From the NCBI GenBank assembly GCA_045579745.1, contig JAZNMQ010000070.1, positions 3,383-67,382 on the forward strand: a DNA stretch of 64,000 nucleotides, in the 5' to 3' direction. This document shows positions 20,318 to 30,142 of the stretch, one piece after another (the first letter of the stretch is position 1; every line of letters begins with the position of its first letter). Position numbers and translations under genes: made by a program. The notes below the pieces were generated by a model. It was not told the DNA's origin, searched no databases, and worked only from the letters and a program-made list of their open reading frames with translations. Origin of the DNA: Candidatus Flemingiibacterium sp. GTDB lineage: Bacteria; Bacillota; Clostridia; Oscillospirales; CAG-272.

Positions 20318-21321
20318 TGCTTATACTTGCTTTTGAGAGCTCGTGTGATGAAACCTCTGCATCTGTCTGCGAATTTGACGGAAGGGTGCCCATCATACGT
20401 TCTAACATAATTGCTTCACAAATCGAAACGCACAAGCTTTATGGCGGAGTAGTGCCCGAGATTGCAAGCCGCGCGCATTGCGATGCGATATCTGCGATAA
20501 CCTATGAAGCACTTGATAAGGCAGGCGTCGGTCTTGATAAGATTGATGCGATCGCTGTGACAGCCATGCCGGGCTTGATAGGAGCACTGCTTGTTGGTGT
20601 AAATTTCGCAAAGTCATTGGCACTTGCAAACGGCAAGCCGCTTGTGCCCGTAAATCATATAAAAGGGCATGTTGCGGCGAACTATTTTGACCATCCCGAG
20701 CTTGAACCACCGTTTCTTGCGTTGGTTGCGTCGGGTGGACATACCTCACTCATAAAATTCACAAGCTATACCGAATTTGAAACGATCGGACGCACTCGCG
20801 ACGACGCAATCGGCGAGGCGTTTGACAAGGTTGGCCGCGTTATGGGTCTTACTTATCCCGGCGGCGCGGAAATGGACCGCTTGGCTTCAATCGGAAATCC
20901 AAACGCAGTAAAATTCCCGTCGGCGGCAGTTGTCGGTGACAATCTCGATTTTTCCTTTAGTGGGCTCAAAACCGCTGTGATAAACCATCTGCATACGCTT
21001 GAACAAAAGGGTGAAGCGTATGTCAAGGAGGATATTGCCGCATCGTTTACTAAAGCGGTCGTTTCCTCGGTACTTAAGAAATTAGAAATGGCACTCGACA
21101 AAACGGGGCTTGACAGATTCGTGCTTGCAGGCGGTGTTGCCGCCAATTCGCATCTGCGCTCGGCATTAGAGGAATTTTGCATCAAACGCGGAGTTAAATT
21201 CTGTATGCCTGCTCGCGCACTGTGCGGAGATAATGCGGCAATGATAGCCGCTCAGGCGTATCATGAATATCTTGCGGGTGTCAGAGCCGACTCGTCCTTA
21301 AATGCAAGGGCGACAAATTAG
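20317..21321 (+). CDS. tsaD: tRNA N6-adenosine threonylcarbamoyltransferase
   Basis: Kae1/TsaD family: ESSCDETS, metal site NHIKGH, and GGVAANS. Confidence 0.95.
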   Translation: MLILAFESSCDETSASVCEFDGRVPIIRSNIIASQIETHKLYGGVVPEIASRAHCDAISAITYEALDKAGVGLDKIDAIAVTAMPGLIGALLVGVNFAKSLALANGKPLVPVNHIKGHVAANYFDHPELEPPFLALVASGGHTSLIKFTSYTEFETIGRTRDDAIGEAFDKVGRVMGLTYPGGAEMDRLASIGNPNAVKFPSAAVVGDNLDFSFSGLKTAVINHLHTLEQKGEAYVKEDIAASFTKAVVSSVLKKLEMALDKTGLDRFVLAGGVAANSHLRSALEEFCIKRGVKFCMPARALCGDNAAMIAAQAYHEYLAGVRADSSLNARATN

Positions 21322-21518
21322 ACTGTGGAAAAGCGGAGTCGTTTTCCACAACTTGTTGAAAAACTCTTCCAAAAACCCGTCAAATTCAGTAGTCAAATAG
21401 TATTTATGGCATAAAAGCATGGCTGTTTCGGTAGAATGATGCCGAATGGCTGTGGAAAACTCAGTTGATAATGTGGCAATCACTTAATCATAAAATTTTT
21501 AAAATGGAGAAATGAACA

Positions 21519-22691
21519 ATGAACAATTACGAATCAAACATTAAAAACGCCCTCGAAAAGTTTGAGAAGGTTCTTCGCGGACAGCTTGAGCGTGTTGAAG
21601 AGATAAACGCGGCTAAGGATTTTGTGGACTATACCACGCTCCCCGTTTTGACGATAGGAATCTGCGGCGGTGACGGAATCGGTCCGATTATTACTAAGGC
21701 GGCTCAGGATGTTCTTGAGTATCTGCTTGCAGATGAAGTTAAGGCAGGAAAAGTCGTATTCAAGGTGATTGATGGCTTGACTATCGAAAATCGTGCGGCT
21801 TGCAATAAGGCTATCCCGGACGATGTTATGGAGGAGCTCTACAAGTGCGATGTTATTTTGAAGGGCCCGACAACCACACCTCGTGCAGGCGATCCATGGC
21901 CGAACATCGAGTCTGCAAATGTTGCAATGCGCAAAAATCTCGACCTTTTTGCAAATGTAAGACCTGTCAAGGTTCCCGATAAGGGCATAGATTGGACATT
22001 CTTCCGCGAGAACACAGAGGGAAGCTATGCTGTCGGCTCGCAGGGTGTTAATGTTACAGACGACCTTGCGGTTGACTTCTGCGTTACAACTACTGAGGGC
22101 ACAAACCGCATTGCGCGCCTTGCCTTCGAATACGCTCGCAAGAATAAGAAGAACCGCGTTTCTATCGTTACAAAGGCTAACATTATCAAAACTACCGACG
22201 GTAAATTCCTCCGCATTTGTGAGGAGATTGCCAAGGAATACCCCGAAATCAGCTCCGACGAGTGGTTTATTGATATCATGACTGCGAAGCTTGTTGACGA
22301 AAAGCGCCGCACAGATTTCAAGGTATTCGTTCTTCCCAACCTTTACGGCGATATCATCACCGACGAAGCTGCAGAGTTCCAGGGCGGCGTAGGTACAGCA
22401 GGCTCTGCTAACATCGGTAAGAAATATGCAATGTTCGAGGCTATTCACGGCTCCGCTCCGCGTATGATCAAGGAAGGCCGCGGAAAATATGCTGATCCTT
22501 GCTCTATGCTCAGAGCAACCGTTCTTCTTCTTTCGCATGTCGGCAGACAGGCTGAGGCTGACAAGCTTGAGCGCGCACTCGACTTCTGCATGTTCGAGGA
22601 TAAGAAATTTGTTATTACCGGTCGCGATACGGGTGCAACATGCGACGAATTCGCGGCGTATGTAATGGATGCAATTAGAGCTCAAAAATAA
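21519..22691 (+). CDS. isocitrate/isopropylmalate dehydrogenase family protein (probable NAD-isocitrate dehydrogenase)
   Basis: GDGIGPII, NLYGDIITDEAA and HGSAPR blocks. About 40 aa of N-terminal extension precede the Rossmann-like start. Confidence 0.8.
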   Translation: MNNYESNIKNALEKFEKVLRGQLERVEEINAAKDFVDYTTLPVLTIGICGGDGIGPIITKAAQDVLEYLLADEVKAGKVVFKVIDGLTIENRAACNKAIPDDVMEELYKCDVILKGPTTTPRAGDPWPNIESANVAMRKNLDLFANVRPVKVPDKGIDWTFFRENTEGSYAVGSQGVNVTDDLAVDFCVTTTEGTNRIARLAFEYARKNKKNRVSIVTKANIIKTTDGKFLRICEEIAKEYPEISSDEWFIDIMTAKLVDEKRRTDFKVFVLPNLYGDIITDEAAEFQGGVGTAGSANIGKKYAMFEAIHGSAPRMIKEGRGKYADPCSMLRATVLLLSHVGRQAEADKLERALDFCMFEDKKFVITGRDTGATCDEFAAYVMDAIRAQK

Positions 22692-22718
22692 TTCCATTAC
22701 GAAAGGACGACATAAATC

Positions 22719-23396
22719 ATGAACAATGAATTCGGAGACACCCATCAGCGGATTGTTTTAGGGGATAATACCAAGAGTCATGTGTCTCCGGCTGTTATTA
22801 AACGGTTGCCGAGATATTACAGATATCTGCGTGAGCTGTTAAACAGCGATATTCTTCGCATTTCATCGAACGAATTATCGAAGATTATGCACGTTACGGC
22901 ATCGCAGATAAGACAGGACCTTAACTGCTTCGGCGGCTTCGGTCAGCAGGGATACGGCTATAATGTAAAATATCTTTACGGGAAAATAGGCGAGATACTC
23001 GGTGTTACAAGAAGCTTTACAGCTATAATTATAGGAGCGGGCAATCTTGGCAGTGCTCTTGCATCAAGTCCGATTTTTGAGAAGCGCGGAGTTAAGCTGA
23101 TTGCGCTTTTTGATGTAAATCCTAATATTATCGGACAGCGGATTTCAGGCTATCAGGTTCACTCCATAGATGAGCTTGAGCGGTACTGCAAGACGAATAT
23201 GGTAAACATTGCCGTGCTGACACTCCCTAAGGAGGCTGTACAAAAAACCGCGGAGCATTTGTCGGAGCTTGGAGTTAAGGGCTTTTGGAATTTCGCGAGC
23301 ACGGAGCTTGACCTTCCCGGCGAGGATGCAGTTGTGGAGAATGTTCACATGGGGGATTCGCTTATGACTCTTTGTTATGAGCTGACTCTTGATTGA
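22719..23396 (+). CDS. rex: redox-sensing transcriptional repressor Rex
   Basis: IKRLPRYYRYL winged-helix motif and NADH-binding IIGAGNLGSAL. Confidence 0.9.
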   Translation: MNNEFGDTHQRIVLGDNTKSHVSPAVIKRLPRYYRYLRELLNSDILRISSNELSKIMHVTASQIRQDLNCFGGFGQQGYGYNVKYLYGKIGEILGVTRSFTAIIIGAGNLGSALASSPIFEKRGVKLIALFDVNPNIIGQRISGYQVHSIDELERYCKTNMVNIAVLTLPKEAVQKTAEHLSELGVKGFWNFASTELDLPGEDAVVENVHMGDSLMTLCYELTLD

Positions 23397-23419
23397 TAGG
23401 TAAGATTGGAGGTGTGAGA

Positions 23420-24391
23420 GTGAAAAAACTGAAATTAGAATATGGCGACAGCGTTTTTTCGCTCCCACGCGAAAATCTTATGACTGCGCTGTCGCAGGCG
23501 AGCGAGCAGCACTTAAAGGTTTTGCTTGTAATAGCTTCCGACGATTCACTCAGAATGGATTACAGCGCAATGTGTGCATCGGTTTGCAAAAAGCTTGACT
23601 GCACGCAGACTGCTCTTGAGCGCTCGCTGAAGTTTTGGAGTGAAACAGGCGTTGTCCGTATTATGGAAACGGCGGATATAACAAATCCGACGGTTACCGC
23701 AAAGCCTGTAGTAACACAGCAATCTCCGACGCTTCCAAGCTATTCAGAGGGGGCGGCGGCTGATATTATGCAAAAAAATCCCGAGCTTTCGGGGGTTATC
23801 GAAATGTGTCAGCAGATTATCGGCAAAATCTTCACTCCGGCTGAGGTTGAAATTGTCGTTGGACTTTACGACCATTTGCGGCTTGATGCAGAATATATCG
23901 TCACATTGGTCGCTTATTGCAACGGAAATGGCAAAAAATCACTTCGTTACATAGAAAAAACTGCGCTTAATCTTTATGATGAGGGTATCGATTCGACTGA
24001 GGCGTTAAAGGATTATATCAGACGGCGCGAAACACGCGATGACGATATGTCAAAAATTCGCACGATTATCGGAGCGGGAGCGCGTCAGTTTACATCTAAG
24101 GAAAAAAAGGCGTTCGATTGTTGGCTTGATGAATGGAAATTCGATATTGATGTCATTACACGGGCATATGAAGTGACAATCGACAACATAAACGAGGTGT
24201 CTGTGCCCTATATGAACCGTGTGCTTGAGAATTGGCACAAATCGGGGCTGACAACAATAAAGGCGGTCGAGGAATCGCTTGCCGCCTACAAAAAGAATAA
24301 GGCTGAGGCGGAAAATTCACACTCGGGCTTTGCAACCGATGAATTCTTCGAGGCGGCACTTAAACGAAGCGAAAAATATTACGCTGACTGA
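23420..24391 (+). CDS. DnaD-domain replication initiation/helicase-loading protein
   Basis: About 323-aa ORF with DnaD-like repeat blocks (FTPAEVEIVVGLYD, RYIEKTALNLYDEG, VPYMNRVLENWHKSG). GTG 23420 follows a GGAGG RBS. Confidence 0.7.
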   Translation: MKKLKLEYGDSVFSLPRENLMTALSQASEQHLKVLLVIASDDSLRMDYSAMCASVCKKLDCTQTALERSLKFWSETGVVRIMETADITNPTVTAKPVVTQQSPTLPSYSEGAAADIMQKNPELSGVIEMCQQIIGKIFTPAEVEIVVGLYDHLRLDAEYIVTLVAYCNGNGKKSLRYIEKTALNLYDEGIDSTEALKDYIRRRETRDDDMSKIRTIIGAGARQFTSKEKKAFDCWLDEWKFDIDVITRAYEVTIDNINEVSVPYMNRVLENWHKSGLTTIKAVEESLAAYKKNKAEAENSHSGFATDEFFEAALKRSEKYYAD

Positions 24392-24411
24392 CGCGGAATC
24401 TGGAGGTAAAT

Positions 24412-25392
24412 GTGGGATACAACAAGGAAAACTACATACGCATTCGTCGTGAATATGCCGATAAAAATCTCCGCGCCAAGGAAGCCGCTCAAAAACGCGC
24501 TAATGAGCTTCATGAAAAATTTCCCGAGCTTCTGAAGATTGACCGTGTATTATCCGAAACAGGTCTGAATATTCTTGCTGAGTCAATGAAGGGCAGAGAA
24601 GGGCTTGAGGAGCGCATAGCAAAGCTTCGTGCGAGCAACAAGGAGCTTCAGGAGGCTCGTGCGATGTATCTTCAGTCGATTGGCTATCCTGCCGATTACA
24701 CCTCGGTGAAATATGAGTGCAAGCTTTGCAGCGATACGGGATTTGTCGGAACAAAGCTGTGCAGCTGTATGAAGCGCGACCTTATTCTCGCAGGATATGA
24801 AAGCTCGGGAATAGGCAGACTGATTCGTACGCAGAGCTTTGATACATTCAGGCTTGATTATTACAACAGGACCCCCGAGGAGCGTCGAAATATGGAGCGT
24901 GTGCTCACATCCTGCCGAACATATTCGGAACAGTTTTCGGCTGAGAGCAGTACGAATCTTTTGTTCTGCGGAACGACGGGGCTTGGAAAAACGCATCTTT
25001 CGACATCTATTGCTAAGGTGGTTATTGAACGGGGCTTTGACGTCGTTTACGATACCGCGCAGAATATTTTGTCGGATTTTGAGTACGAGCGTTTTGGAAG
25101 AGGATATGGAGATAATTCCGAATCGAGGACGGACAAATATTTTGAGTGCGATTTGCTCATTATTGATGACCTTGGTACAGAAATGACAAATCAGTTCACC
25201 CTTTCCTGCCTCTACAACATTATGAACACCCGTATCAATCATTCAAAGTCAATGATTATCAGCACCAATCTGACGCAGGGAGAAATACGCGACCGTTATA
25301 ACGACCGTATCACGAGCCGTTTGTTTGGAGAATTTTTAGTGCTTTTGTTTGAGGGCAAGGATGTAAGACTGCAAAAAGCACTTGGAGAATGA
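24412..25392 (+). CDS. DnaC/DnaI-type helicase loader ATPase
   Basis: Walker A GTTGLGKTHL and Walker B LLIIDDLG. An N-terminal Cys cluster (CKLCSDTG...CSC) resembles the DnaI zinc domain. GTG start after GGAGG. Confidence 0.8.
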   Translation: MGYNKENYIRIRREYADKNLRAKEAAQKRANELHEKFPELLKIDRVLSETGLNILAESMKGREGLEERIAKLRASNKELQEARAMYLQSIGYPADYTSVKYECKLCSDTGFVGTKLCSCMKRDLILAGYESSGIGRLIRTQSFDTFRLDYYNRTPEERRNMERVLTSCRTYSEQFSAESSTNLLFCGTTGLGKTHLSTSIAKVVIERGFDVVYDTAQNILSDFEYERFGRGYGDNSESRTDKYFECDLLIIDDLGTEMTNQFTLSCLYNIMNTRINHSKSMIISTNLTQGEIRDRYNDRITSRLFGEFLVLLFEGKDVRLQKALGE

Positions 25393-25433
25393 ACTGAATC
25401 TGAACTTTTTTTGAAAAAATTTTGTTAATTGTA

Positions 25434-25462
25434 TTGCAATTTTTACTAAATTAATGTATAAT
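25434..25462 (+). promoter_or_regulatory. sigma-A type promoter for the TAXI-TRAP operon
   Basis: TTGCAA (25434-25439), 17-nt spacer, TATAAT (25457-25462). Confidence 0.55.
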
Positions 25463-25508
25463 TAAGGTGTATTTAGTAAAAAAATATAAATTTGGAGGTA
25501 AATCTATC

Positions 25509-26465
25509 ATGACTAAGAGAATTCTTTCGGTCATTGCTATCGCACTTGTTTGTGTATTCGCACTTGCTTCCTGCGGCGGCGCTAAGATGACCATGGGTAC
25601 CGGCGGTACCGGCGGTAACTACTATGCTTTCGGCAATGTTCTTTGCCAGTACATCAAGAACTATGCAGGCGCTGATGCTGTTGCGGTTTCTACCGACGGC
25701 TCCAAGGCGAACATTCAGGGTATCGACGTTGGCGACTACCAGCTTGGTACTGTTCAGTCCGACGTTATGGCTTATGCTTGGAACGGCACCAACACATTTG
25801 CTGAGGAAGGAAAGATCGATTCCTTCCGCGTAATCGGCGGTCTTTACGCTGAGTGCGTACAGATCATTACTATGGATCCCGCTATCAAGAGCGTATCCGA
25901 TCTTAAGGGCAAGTCCGTTTCTATCGGTGCTCCCGGCTCGGGCGTTTACTTCAACGCTATCGATGTTCTCGGCGCAGCAGGCCTTACCGAGAACGACATC
26001 AAGGCTCAGTATCAGAGCTTCAACGACAGCACCGAAGCACTCAAGGACGGCAAGATCGACGCAGCTTTCATCGTAGCAGGAGCTCCGACTCCCGCTATTA
26101 CTGAGCTTGTTACCACTTCCGATGCTTATCTTGTTCCGATCGACGGCAAGATCGCTGAGGATGTTATGGCTAACTGCCCCTACTACACCGTTTACACAAT
26201 TCCCGCAGGTACATACAACGGCCAGGAGGCTGACGTTAAGACTGTTGCGGTAAAGGCTACTCTTATCGTTTCTGCTGAAACTGATGAAAACACTGTATAC
26301 GAGATCACCAAGGCGATCTTTGACAATGTTGAAGCAATCTCTGCTGAAAACGCAAAGGGCTCAGAGCTCAGCATCCAGAATGCTACGGACGGTATGACCG
26401 CTCCGTTCCACGCAGGTGCTGCAAAGTACTACGCTGAAAAGGGCGTTACAGTAGTTACCGAATAA
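25509..26465 (+). CDS. TAXI-family TRAP transporter solute-binding lipoprotein
   Basis: Lipobox LASCGG after a hydrophobic signal sequence. TAXI hallmark GTGGTGGNYYAFG. ATG 25509 follows GGAGG. Confidence 0.85.
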   Translation: MTKRILSVIAIALVCVFALASCGGAKMTMGTGGTGGNYYAFGNVLCQYIKNYAGADAVAVSTDGSKANIQGIDVGDYQLGTVQSDVMAYAWNGTNTFAEEGKIDSFRVIGGLYAECVQIITMDPAIKSVSDLKGKSVSIGAPGSGVYFNAIDVLGAAGLTENDIKAQYQSFNDSTEALKDGKIDAAFIVAGAPTPAITELVTTSDAYLVPIDGKIAEDVMANCPYYTVYTIPAGTYNGQEADVKTVAVKATLIVSAETDENTVYEITKAIFDNVEAISAENAKGSELSIQNATDGMTAPFHAGAAKYYAEKGVTVVTE

Positions 26466-26492
26466 TTCCGTTTTAAATTACAAGCGATATGC

Positions 26493-26521
26493 GGGGGTGT
26501 CGCAGAAAAAGCGACGCCCCC
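26493..26521 (+). other. intercistronic GC-rich hairpin between binding-protein and permease genes
   Basis: gggggtgtcgc (26493-26503) pairs with gcgacgccccc (26511-26521), with one G-U pair. There is only a weak T-tail, so it more likely acts as a partial terminator or mRNA stabiliser. Confidence 0.5.
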
Positions 26522-26602
26522 TATCTTATTATTTAGTATGTATGCAAGCTTTCCCGGACGGCTCCGTTATGGGAAATGAAATAACACCGAAAGGAGAGAA
26601 AT

Positions 26603-28564
26603 ATGTCATCGATAAATGAAACACAGACGACAGTGAACACACCGTCAAGTGAAGAGCTTGTCGACGCCGTGATGAAAAAATACGATCGCGAATCCAACGT
26701 CCGGATCTGGGAAGGAGTTCCTAAGGTGATCGTTACTATAGTACTCGCTGCGTTTTCTCTTTTTTGCATCTACGTTACACTGTTTACAACCTGGCTTGAA
26801 GAAATACGACTGACTTCGTTCGTGGCGCTGATTGTGCTCATGGGATACCTTGTATTCCCTGCTAAAAAAGGAGTGCAGAAGGTCAATTATATCCCGTGGT
26901 ACGATATCCTGCTAATGGTGGCGGGAACGGCTTCGTACCTCTACTTTACAGCCAATGCGCTGACTATTATTCAGCAAGGCGCAAAGTTTGAAACATATCA
27001 GATAATTATAGGTATCATCGGTATTATTGCACTTGCGGAGGTTTGCCGACGCAGTGTTGGTTTGCCGATCCTGATCGTAGCGATCGCGTTTATAATCTAC
27101 GCACTCTTCTTTGGGCTTAACAATCCGACCTTTGGCGGCAGGGTGAACTATCTTGTGCGCGCATTGTTCTATTCCAAAGAGGGTATCTTATCAACACCGA
27201 TCAACACCTGCTCCAAATTCATCGTTGTGTTTATCATATTCGGTGCATTCCTTGAGCGTACAGGTATCGCGGACTTCTTTATCCAGGCGGCAAATGCTGT
27301 CGTTGGCGGATTCTCCGGCGGTCCTGCTAAGGTAGCGGTTGTTGCGAGTGCTCTTGAGGGAATGGTATCCGGCTCATCTGTTGCAAATACCGTCGGAAGC
27401 GGATCGGTCACTATTCCGCTTATGAAGAGGACGGGATACAAGCCGGAGTTTGCCGCAGCGGCTGAAGCGGCGGCTTCAACCGGCGGACAGATCATGCCGC
27501 CTATTATGGGTGCGGCAGCGTTCTTGATGGCTGACTATGTTGGTGTTCCGTACAGCAACATCATTTACAGAGCAATTCTTCCTGCACTTTTGTATTTTGC
27601 AGGTATCTTTATCGCCGTACATCTTGAGGCGAAGAAGCTCGGACTTCGCGGCCTTTCCCGCGAAGAGCTGCCGAAGTTTAAGAACCTTGCTAAGAAGCTG
27701 TATCTGCTTCTTCCACTTGCAGTACTTATCTATCTTGTAACATCCAACTCCAAGACTATTCAGACATCTGCGGCAATCGCGATCGTTGTAGCTATCGCGG
27801 TAAGTATCTTTAACAAGGGCAACCGAATTACGCCAAAGCGAATTCTTGAAGCACTTGCGGCAGGCGGTCAGGGTACAATTGCTGTTGCGGCAGCCTGCGG
27901 TATTGCGGGTATTATTGCGGGAACGATCACTATGACCGGTCTTGCAAACATGATTATCAACGGCATCGTAACTCTTGCGGGCAGCCAGGTAATTATCGCG
28001 CTGTTCCTTACCATGATCTGCTGTATCGTACTTGGTATGGGCGTTCCGACAACTGCAAACTACTGCATCATGGCGGCGACATGCGCACCTATTCTTGTCC
28101 GTATGGGAGTTCCGCTTCTTGCAGCGCATTTCTTTGTGTTTTATTTCGGTATCGTTGCAGACTTGACACCGCCTGTTGCGCTTGCGGCATACGCAGGTGC
28201 GGCGATCGCGCAGTCAAATCCGCTCAAGACAGCGCTTACATCAACAAAGCTTGCAATTGCGGCGTTTATCGTACCGTACGCGTTTGCGATGAACCCTGTA
28301 ATGCTTCTTATCGATGCGAGTGGACCGCTCCAGATCGTACAGATCGTCATTACATCGCTTGTTGGTATTTTTGGAATATCTGCGGCGCTTGAAGGATATA
28401 TCTTTGCTCATATGAATCCGTTGCAGCGCATTATGAGCGCGGCAGGAGGACTCTTGCTGATTGATCCCAACCCGATCACCGACATTATCGGAATTGCACT
28501 TGTTGCCGGTGTTGTCGTATGGCAGTATTTTGACAAGAAGCGCAAGCTTAAAATTGCGGCGTAA
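26603..28564 (+). CDS. TRAP transporter fused (small+large) permease, TAXI-type
   Basis: 653-aa polytopic ORF directly downstream of the TAXI binding protein. DctM-like repeats are visible. Confidence 0.85.
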   Translation: MSSINETQTTVNTPSSEELVDAVMKKYDRESNVRIWEGVPKVIVTIVLAAFSLFCIYVTLFTTWLEEIRLTSFVALIVLMGYLVFPAKKGVQKVNYIPWYDILLMVAGTASYLYFTANALTIIQQGAKFETYQIIIGIIGIIALAEVCRRSVGLPILIVAIAFIIYALFFGLNNPTFGGRVNYLVRALFYSKEGILSTPINTCSKFIVVFIIFGAFLERTGIADFFIQAANAVVGGFSGGPAKVAVVASALEGMVSGSSVANTVGSGSVTIPLMKRTGYKPEFAAAAEAAASTGGQIMPPIMGAAAFLMADYVGVPYSNIIYRAILPALLYFAGIFIAVHLEAKKLGLRGLSREELPKFKNLAKKLYLLLPLAVLIYLVTSNSKTIQTSAAIAIVVAIAVSIFNKGNRITPKRILEALAAGGQGTIAVAAACGIAGIIAGTITMTGLANMIINGIVTLAGSQVIIALFLTMICCIVLGMGVPTTANYCIMAATCAPILVRMGVPLLAAHFFVFYFGIVADLTPPVALAAYAGAAIAQSNPLKTALTSTKLAIAAFIVPYAFAMNPVMLLIDASGPLQIVQIVITSLVGIFGISAALEGYIFAHMNPLQRIMSAAGGLLLIDPNPITDIIGIALVAGVVVWQYFDKKRKLKIAA

Positions 28565-28626
28565 AAGCTGACTTGTTGGGACTTGTTTTTAATCGCGGAA
28601 TCTTTTCGGATTGAACGTATTTATTC

Positions 28627-28655
28627 TTGACAAAATGAGAAGATTCATGTATTAT
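28627..28655 (+). promoter_or_regulatory. sigma-A type promoter upstream of uxuA
   Basis: TTGACA (28627-28632), 17-nt spacer, TATTAT (28650-28655). Confidence 0.55.
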
Positions 28656-28685
28656 TATATTAATTAAACGAAGGAGGAGTTACCA

Positions 28686-29741
28686 ATGAAGGAAATGAAA
28701 ATGACTTTCCGTCATTATGGCGATGGCGATCCCGTCAGTCTTGAGTATATCTCGCAGATACCCGGCATGAGCGGCATCGTTTCTGCTGTTTATGACGTTC
28801 CACCCGGCAAGGAGTGGAGTGCAGAGAGTATTGCTAAGATCAAGAACTCTGCCAATGCACACAACCTTGCTTTTGAAGTTGTTGAGAGTGTTCCCGTACA
28901 CGAGGATATCAAGCTCGGCAAACCTTCCCGCGATGAATATATCGAGGTTTATCGCCGCAATATCAAGAAGCTCGCCGAAGCAGGCGTAAAGGTTATCTGC
29001 TACAACTTCATGCCCGTATTTGACTGGCTTCGCTCGGATCTCTCTTACAAGAACTGCGACGGTTCTACCTGCCTTGTCTACCGTGATGAGGAAGTTCTTG
29101 CAATGGATCCCAACACAAAGAAGCTTTCTCTTCCCGGATGGGATGAGAGCTACACGCAGGATGGCCTGCGCGCCCTTTTGACTGAATACAAGTCAATCGA
29201 CGAGGAAAAGCTTTGGGAAAATATGAGCTACTTCTTGCACGGAATTATTCCGGTGTGTGAGGAGAGCGGAATTAAAATGGCTATTCATCCGGATGATCCG
29301 CCGTGGGGTATTTTTGGTTTGCCGCGCGTTATCACAAATGCTAAGAATCTCGACCGTTTCTGCAAGCTGGTTGACAGCGAGTGCAATGGTCTGACACTCT
29401 GCACGGGCTCGCTCGGAGTTGCTCCTACCAATAATGTTGTCGATATGATCCGTCATTTCGGCGCAATGAAGCGCATTCACTTCCTGCATGCCCGTAACAT
29501 CAAGATTACAGGCCCCCGTGATTTTAATGAAACCGGACATCGCAGCGAGGATGGTTCACTCGATATGTACGAGATCCTTAAAGCGGCATGGGATGTTGAC
29601 TTTGACGGATATATCCGTCCTGACCACGGTCGCATGATCTGGGGCGAAACGGGAAGACCGGGTTACGGCTTGTATGACCGCGCTCTCGGTGCTGTTTACA
29701 TAAACGGCATTTGGGAAGCAATCAACAAAGAAAATCGCTAA
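28686..29741 (+). CDS. uxuA: mannonate dehydratase
   Basis: N-terminus [22 protein letters not shown] matches the UxuA-type start (xWRWYGPxDPVSL). 351 aa. AGGAGG RBS. Confidence 0.85.
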   Translation: MKEMKMTFRHYGDGDPVSLEYISQIPGMSGIVSAVYDVPPGKEWSAESIAKIKNSANAHNLAFEVVESVPVHEDIKLGKPSRDEYIEVYRRNIKKLAEAGVKVICYNFMPVFDWLRSDLSYKNCDGSTCLVYRDEEVLAMDPNTKKLSLPGWDESYTQDGLRALLTEYKSIDEEKLWENMSYFLHGIIPVCEESGIKMAIHPDDPPWGIFGLPRVITNAKNLDRFCKLVDSECNGLTLCTGSLGVAPTNNVVDMIRHFGAMKRIHFLHARNIKITGPRDFNETGHRSEDGSLDMYEILKAAWDVDFDGYIRPDHGRMIWGETGRPGYGLYDRALGAVYINGIWEAINKENR

Positions 29742-29744
29742 AAA

Positions 29745-29778
29745 GACGGTTCATGTTGGGCGTACTCTAAAGGACAGA
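29745..29778. repeat. left arm of a 34-bp imperfect inverted repeat flanking the XRE cassette
   Basis: gacggttcatgttgggcgtactctaaaggacaga matches the reverse complement of 31897-31930 at 28/34 positions without gaps. It starts 4 nt after the uxuA stop and is preceded by AAAA. Confidence 0.8.
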
Positions 29779-29817
29779 TTTAAATCTTAATAGAGTAAAA
29801 CACCTATCAACGAGAAA

Positions 29818-29855
29818 AGGACAGAGAATTTTTACGTTCTCTGTCCTCTTTTTTG
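29818..29855 (+). terminator. rho-independent terminator
   Basis: aggacagagaa (29818-29828) pairs with ttctctgtcct (29838-29848), followed by cttttttg. Confidence 0.75.
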
Positions 29856-30067
29856 ATAAGCACTGCATTTGTAGACACAAATGCTTTCCTATTGAATAAT
29901 TCGAAATTATATGTTATTATTTATGGCAAAAATTGCGAGTTTATGTGGTGATTAATATTAAACTAAAGTTTCTTTCATCGTGCTTTTTATAATCCTTAAA
30001 AACAACCATTGATTTGATGACTATGAATTAAATCTCTATTGCGGAGAGTTTATAAAAAATCGCTCTG

Positions 30068-30096
30068 TTGACTCTACCGTTGGTTTCGTGTATAAT
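30068..30096 (+). promoter_or_regulatory. sigma-A type promoter for the tandem XRE genes
   Basis: TTGACT (30068-30073), 17-nt spacer, TATAAT (30091-30096). Confidence 0.6.
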
Positions 30097-30142
30097 ATAG
30101 TCACAAGCTCCGGAACTTGAATTTTTTCGAGAGGTAAAAAAT

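Noticed and set aside
21534-22745. 403-aa ORF antisense to the isocitrate dehydrogenase-family gene
   Set aside because: It lies entirely within, and opposite to, a gene with strong family motifs. The translated sequence has no recognisable motif, RBS or promoter. It behaves as a shadow ORF of a codon-biased gene.
23420-25392. DnaD-like plus DnaC/DnaI-like pair as a prophage replication module
   Set aside because: The pair is flanked by rex and housekeeping genes. No integrase, repressor, structural or lysis genes are present, and no att-like repeats. The pair is the expected chromosomal helicase-loading system of Firmicutes.
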